Positions 63,285 through 64,000 of a stretch of DNA of 64,000 nt are shown here, piece by piece. Below the pieces are notes generated by a model. It was not told the DNA's origin and did not search any database. It saw only the letters and a program-made list of their open reading frames with translations. Source of the stretch: Selaginella moellendorffii (taxonomy: Eukaryota; Plantae; Lycopodiophyta); assembly GCF_000143415.4 (NCBI RefSeq), contig NW_003314276.1, forward strand, positions 1,336,531 to 1,400,530. Reading direction: 5' to 3'. Each line of letters starts with the position of its first letter. The stretch's first letter is position 1. Made by a program: the position numbers and the translations under genes.

Positions 63285-64000
63285 ATTGCTCAGCTCTAGC
63301 AGAGCATTGGTCTGCGCCAATTGTCCTTCTAGAACGTCCAATCGAGCCTTGGACGACCGAACCTCGCCACCGACTCCTGTTTGGAAGCTTCCTCACTAGA
63401 GTTCTCCTCATGCAAGGATTCCTCATCCATAGCCTCTTGTTCGACCGAAGGCTCCAGCTCTGGCGGGGGTTCTGTCTCCACCTAGGTTCGCTTACGTCTT
63501 ACCTTTGCCATCTCCTAGCAATCCGCCTCTATCCTTCGCTAGAACTGAGGAAAAGGCTCTGATACCAAATTGTAAGCCACAAATTTTTCCTTTCCAATTT
63601 GCCAGCTTATCTCGTCTATCTGACCAACACTGCCTTGGCTTGTGCTAAGTTCCCTCGCCAAGGTTCCCGCCTATTGTACCAGCTCCTACTTGGTCCTACT
63701 TGGTTTCAGCTACTCACTGCACGAGCAATGGAGCGTTAGCCATCCATCCACAGATTCCCAAATCTCTCCCAATCCCTCTCCCCAGGTTAGGCTGGACTTA
63801 AGGTTCGGCTACACTCCCCACAGGCACAAGCAGCCAAGCATACCAAGCCTCTAGGTTCCTAATACCCCTTGGTACAACAAGACTTGATCATGGGACCCTC
63901 TAAATCCCAAGCCTTCGGTGCAACACTTGCTTCGGGACATCAGGGTGAAACACTGTGGTCTAACGGCCTAGTATGGATACCTCAACCCCCCCCCCCCCCC
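63285..64000 (-). mobile_element. 5' end of another LTR retrotransposon (LTR from 63571 running off the window, PBS, decayed gag start)
   Basis: GCTCTGATACCA (PBS tRNAi-Met, 63556-63567) next to TGTAAG LTR edge; downstream stop-interrupted frame MAKVRRKRT.VETEPPPELEP. Confidence 0.75.

Overview
Eukaryotic plant nuclear DNA. The very short introns (mostly ~45-70 nt), extreme gene density and gene content suggest a non-seed plant with a compact genome, most plausibly the lycophyte Selaginella (inference, not verified). The window has three zones. (1) About 1-16.4 kb is nested, decayed LTR retrotransposons: an old Ty3/Gypsy element split by a 7.4-kb LTR element with no recognisable intact ORF and satellite-filled LTRs, which itself holds a 674-bp TRIM. 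A small copia remnant follows. (2) About 17-55 kb is a dense gene island: a secreted hevein-like + jacalin-like chimeric lectin, a Fic-domain (AMPylase-family) gene, two alpha/beta-hydrolases (one apparently catalytically dead), NF-YC, two MEI2-like RRM paralogues, an EMB2759-like gene, two PPR genes, Yos1, HVA22, the mitochondrial Rieske protein, a frameshifted GDSL lipase, a DUF26 receptor kinase, CSN2, a FAM172/Arb2-like gene, a mosaic of gene fragments, and a degenerate 2OG-Fe(II) oxygenase-like ORF between assembly gaps. (3) About 56.7-64 kb is nested LTR elements again, including a TRIM whose LTRs carry a 5S-rRNA-derived Pol III promoter (Cassandra-like). The most notable leads are the intact plant Fic gene and its lectin/hydrolase neighbours, the 5S-containing TRIM and its B-box-bearing relative, and a perfectly conserved 28-nt element with CGGGCAG repeats upstream of both MEI2-like genes. 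All family assignments come from motif recognition by eye; no searches were run.
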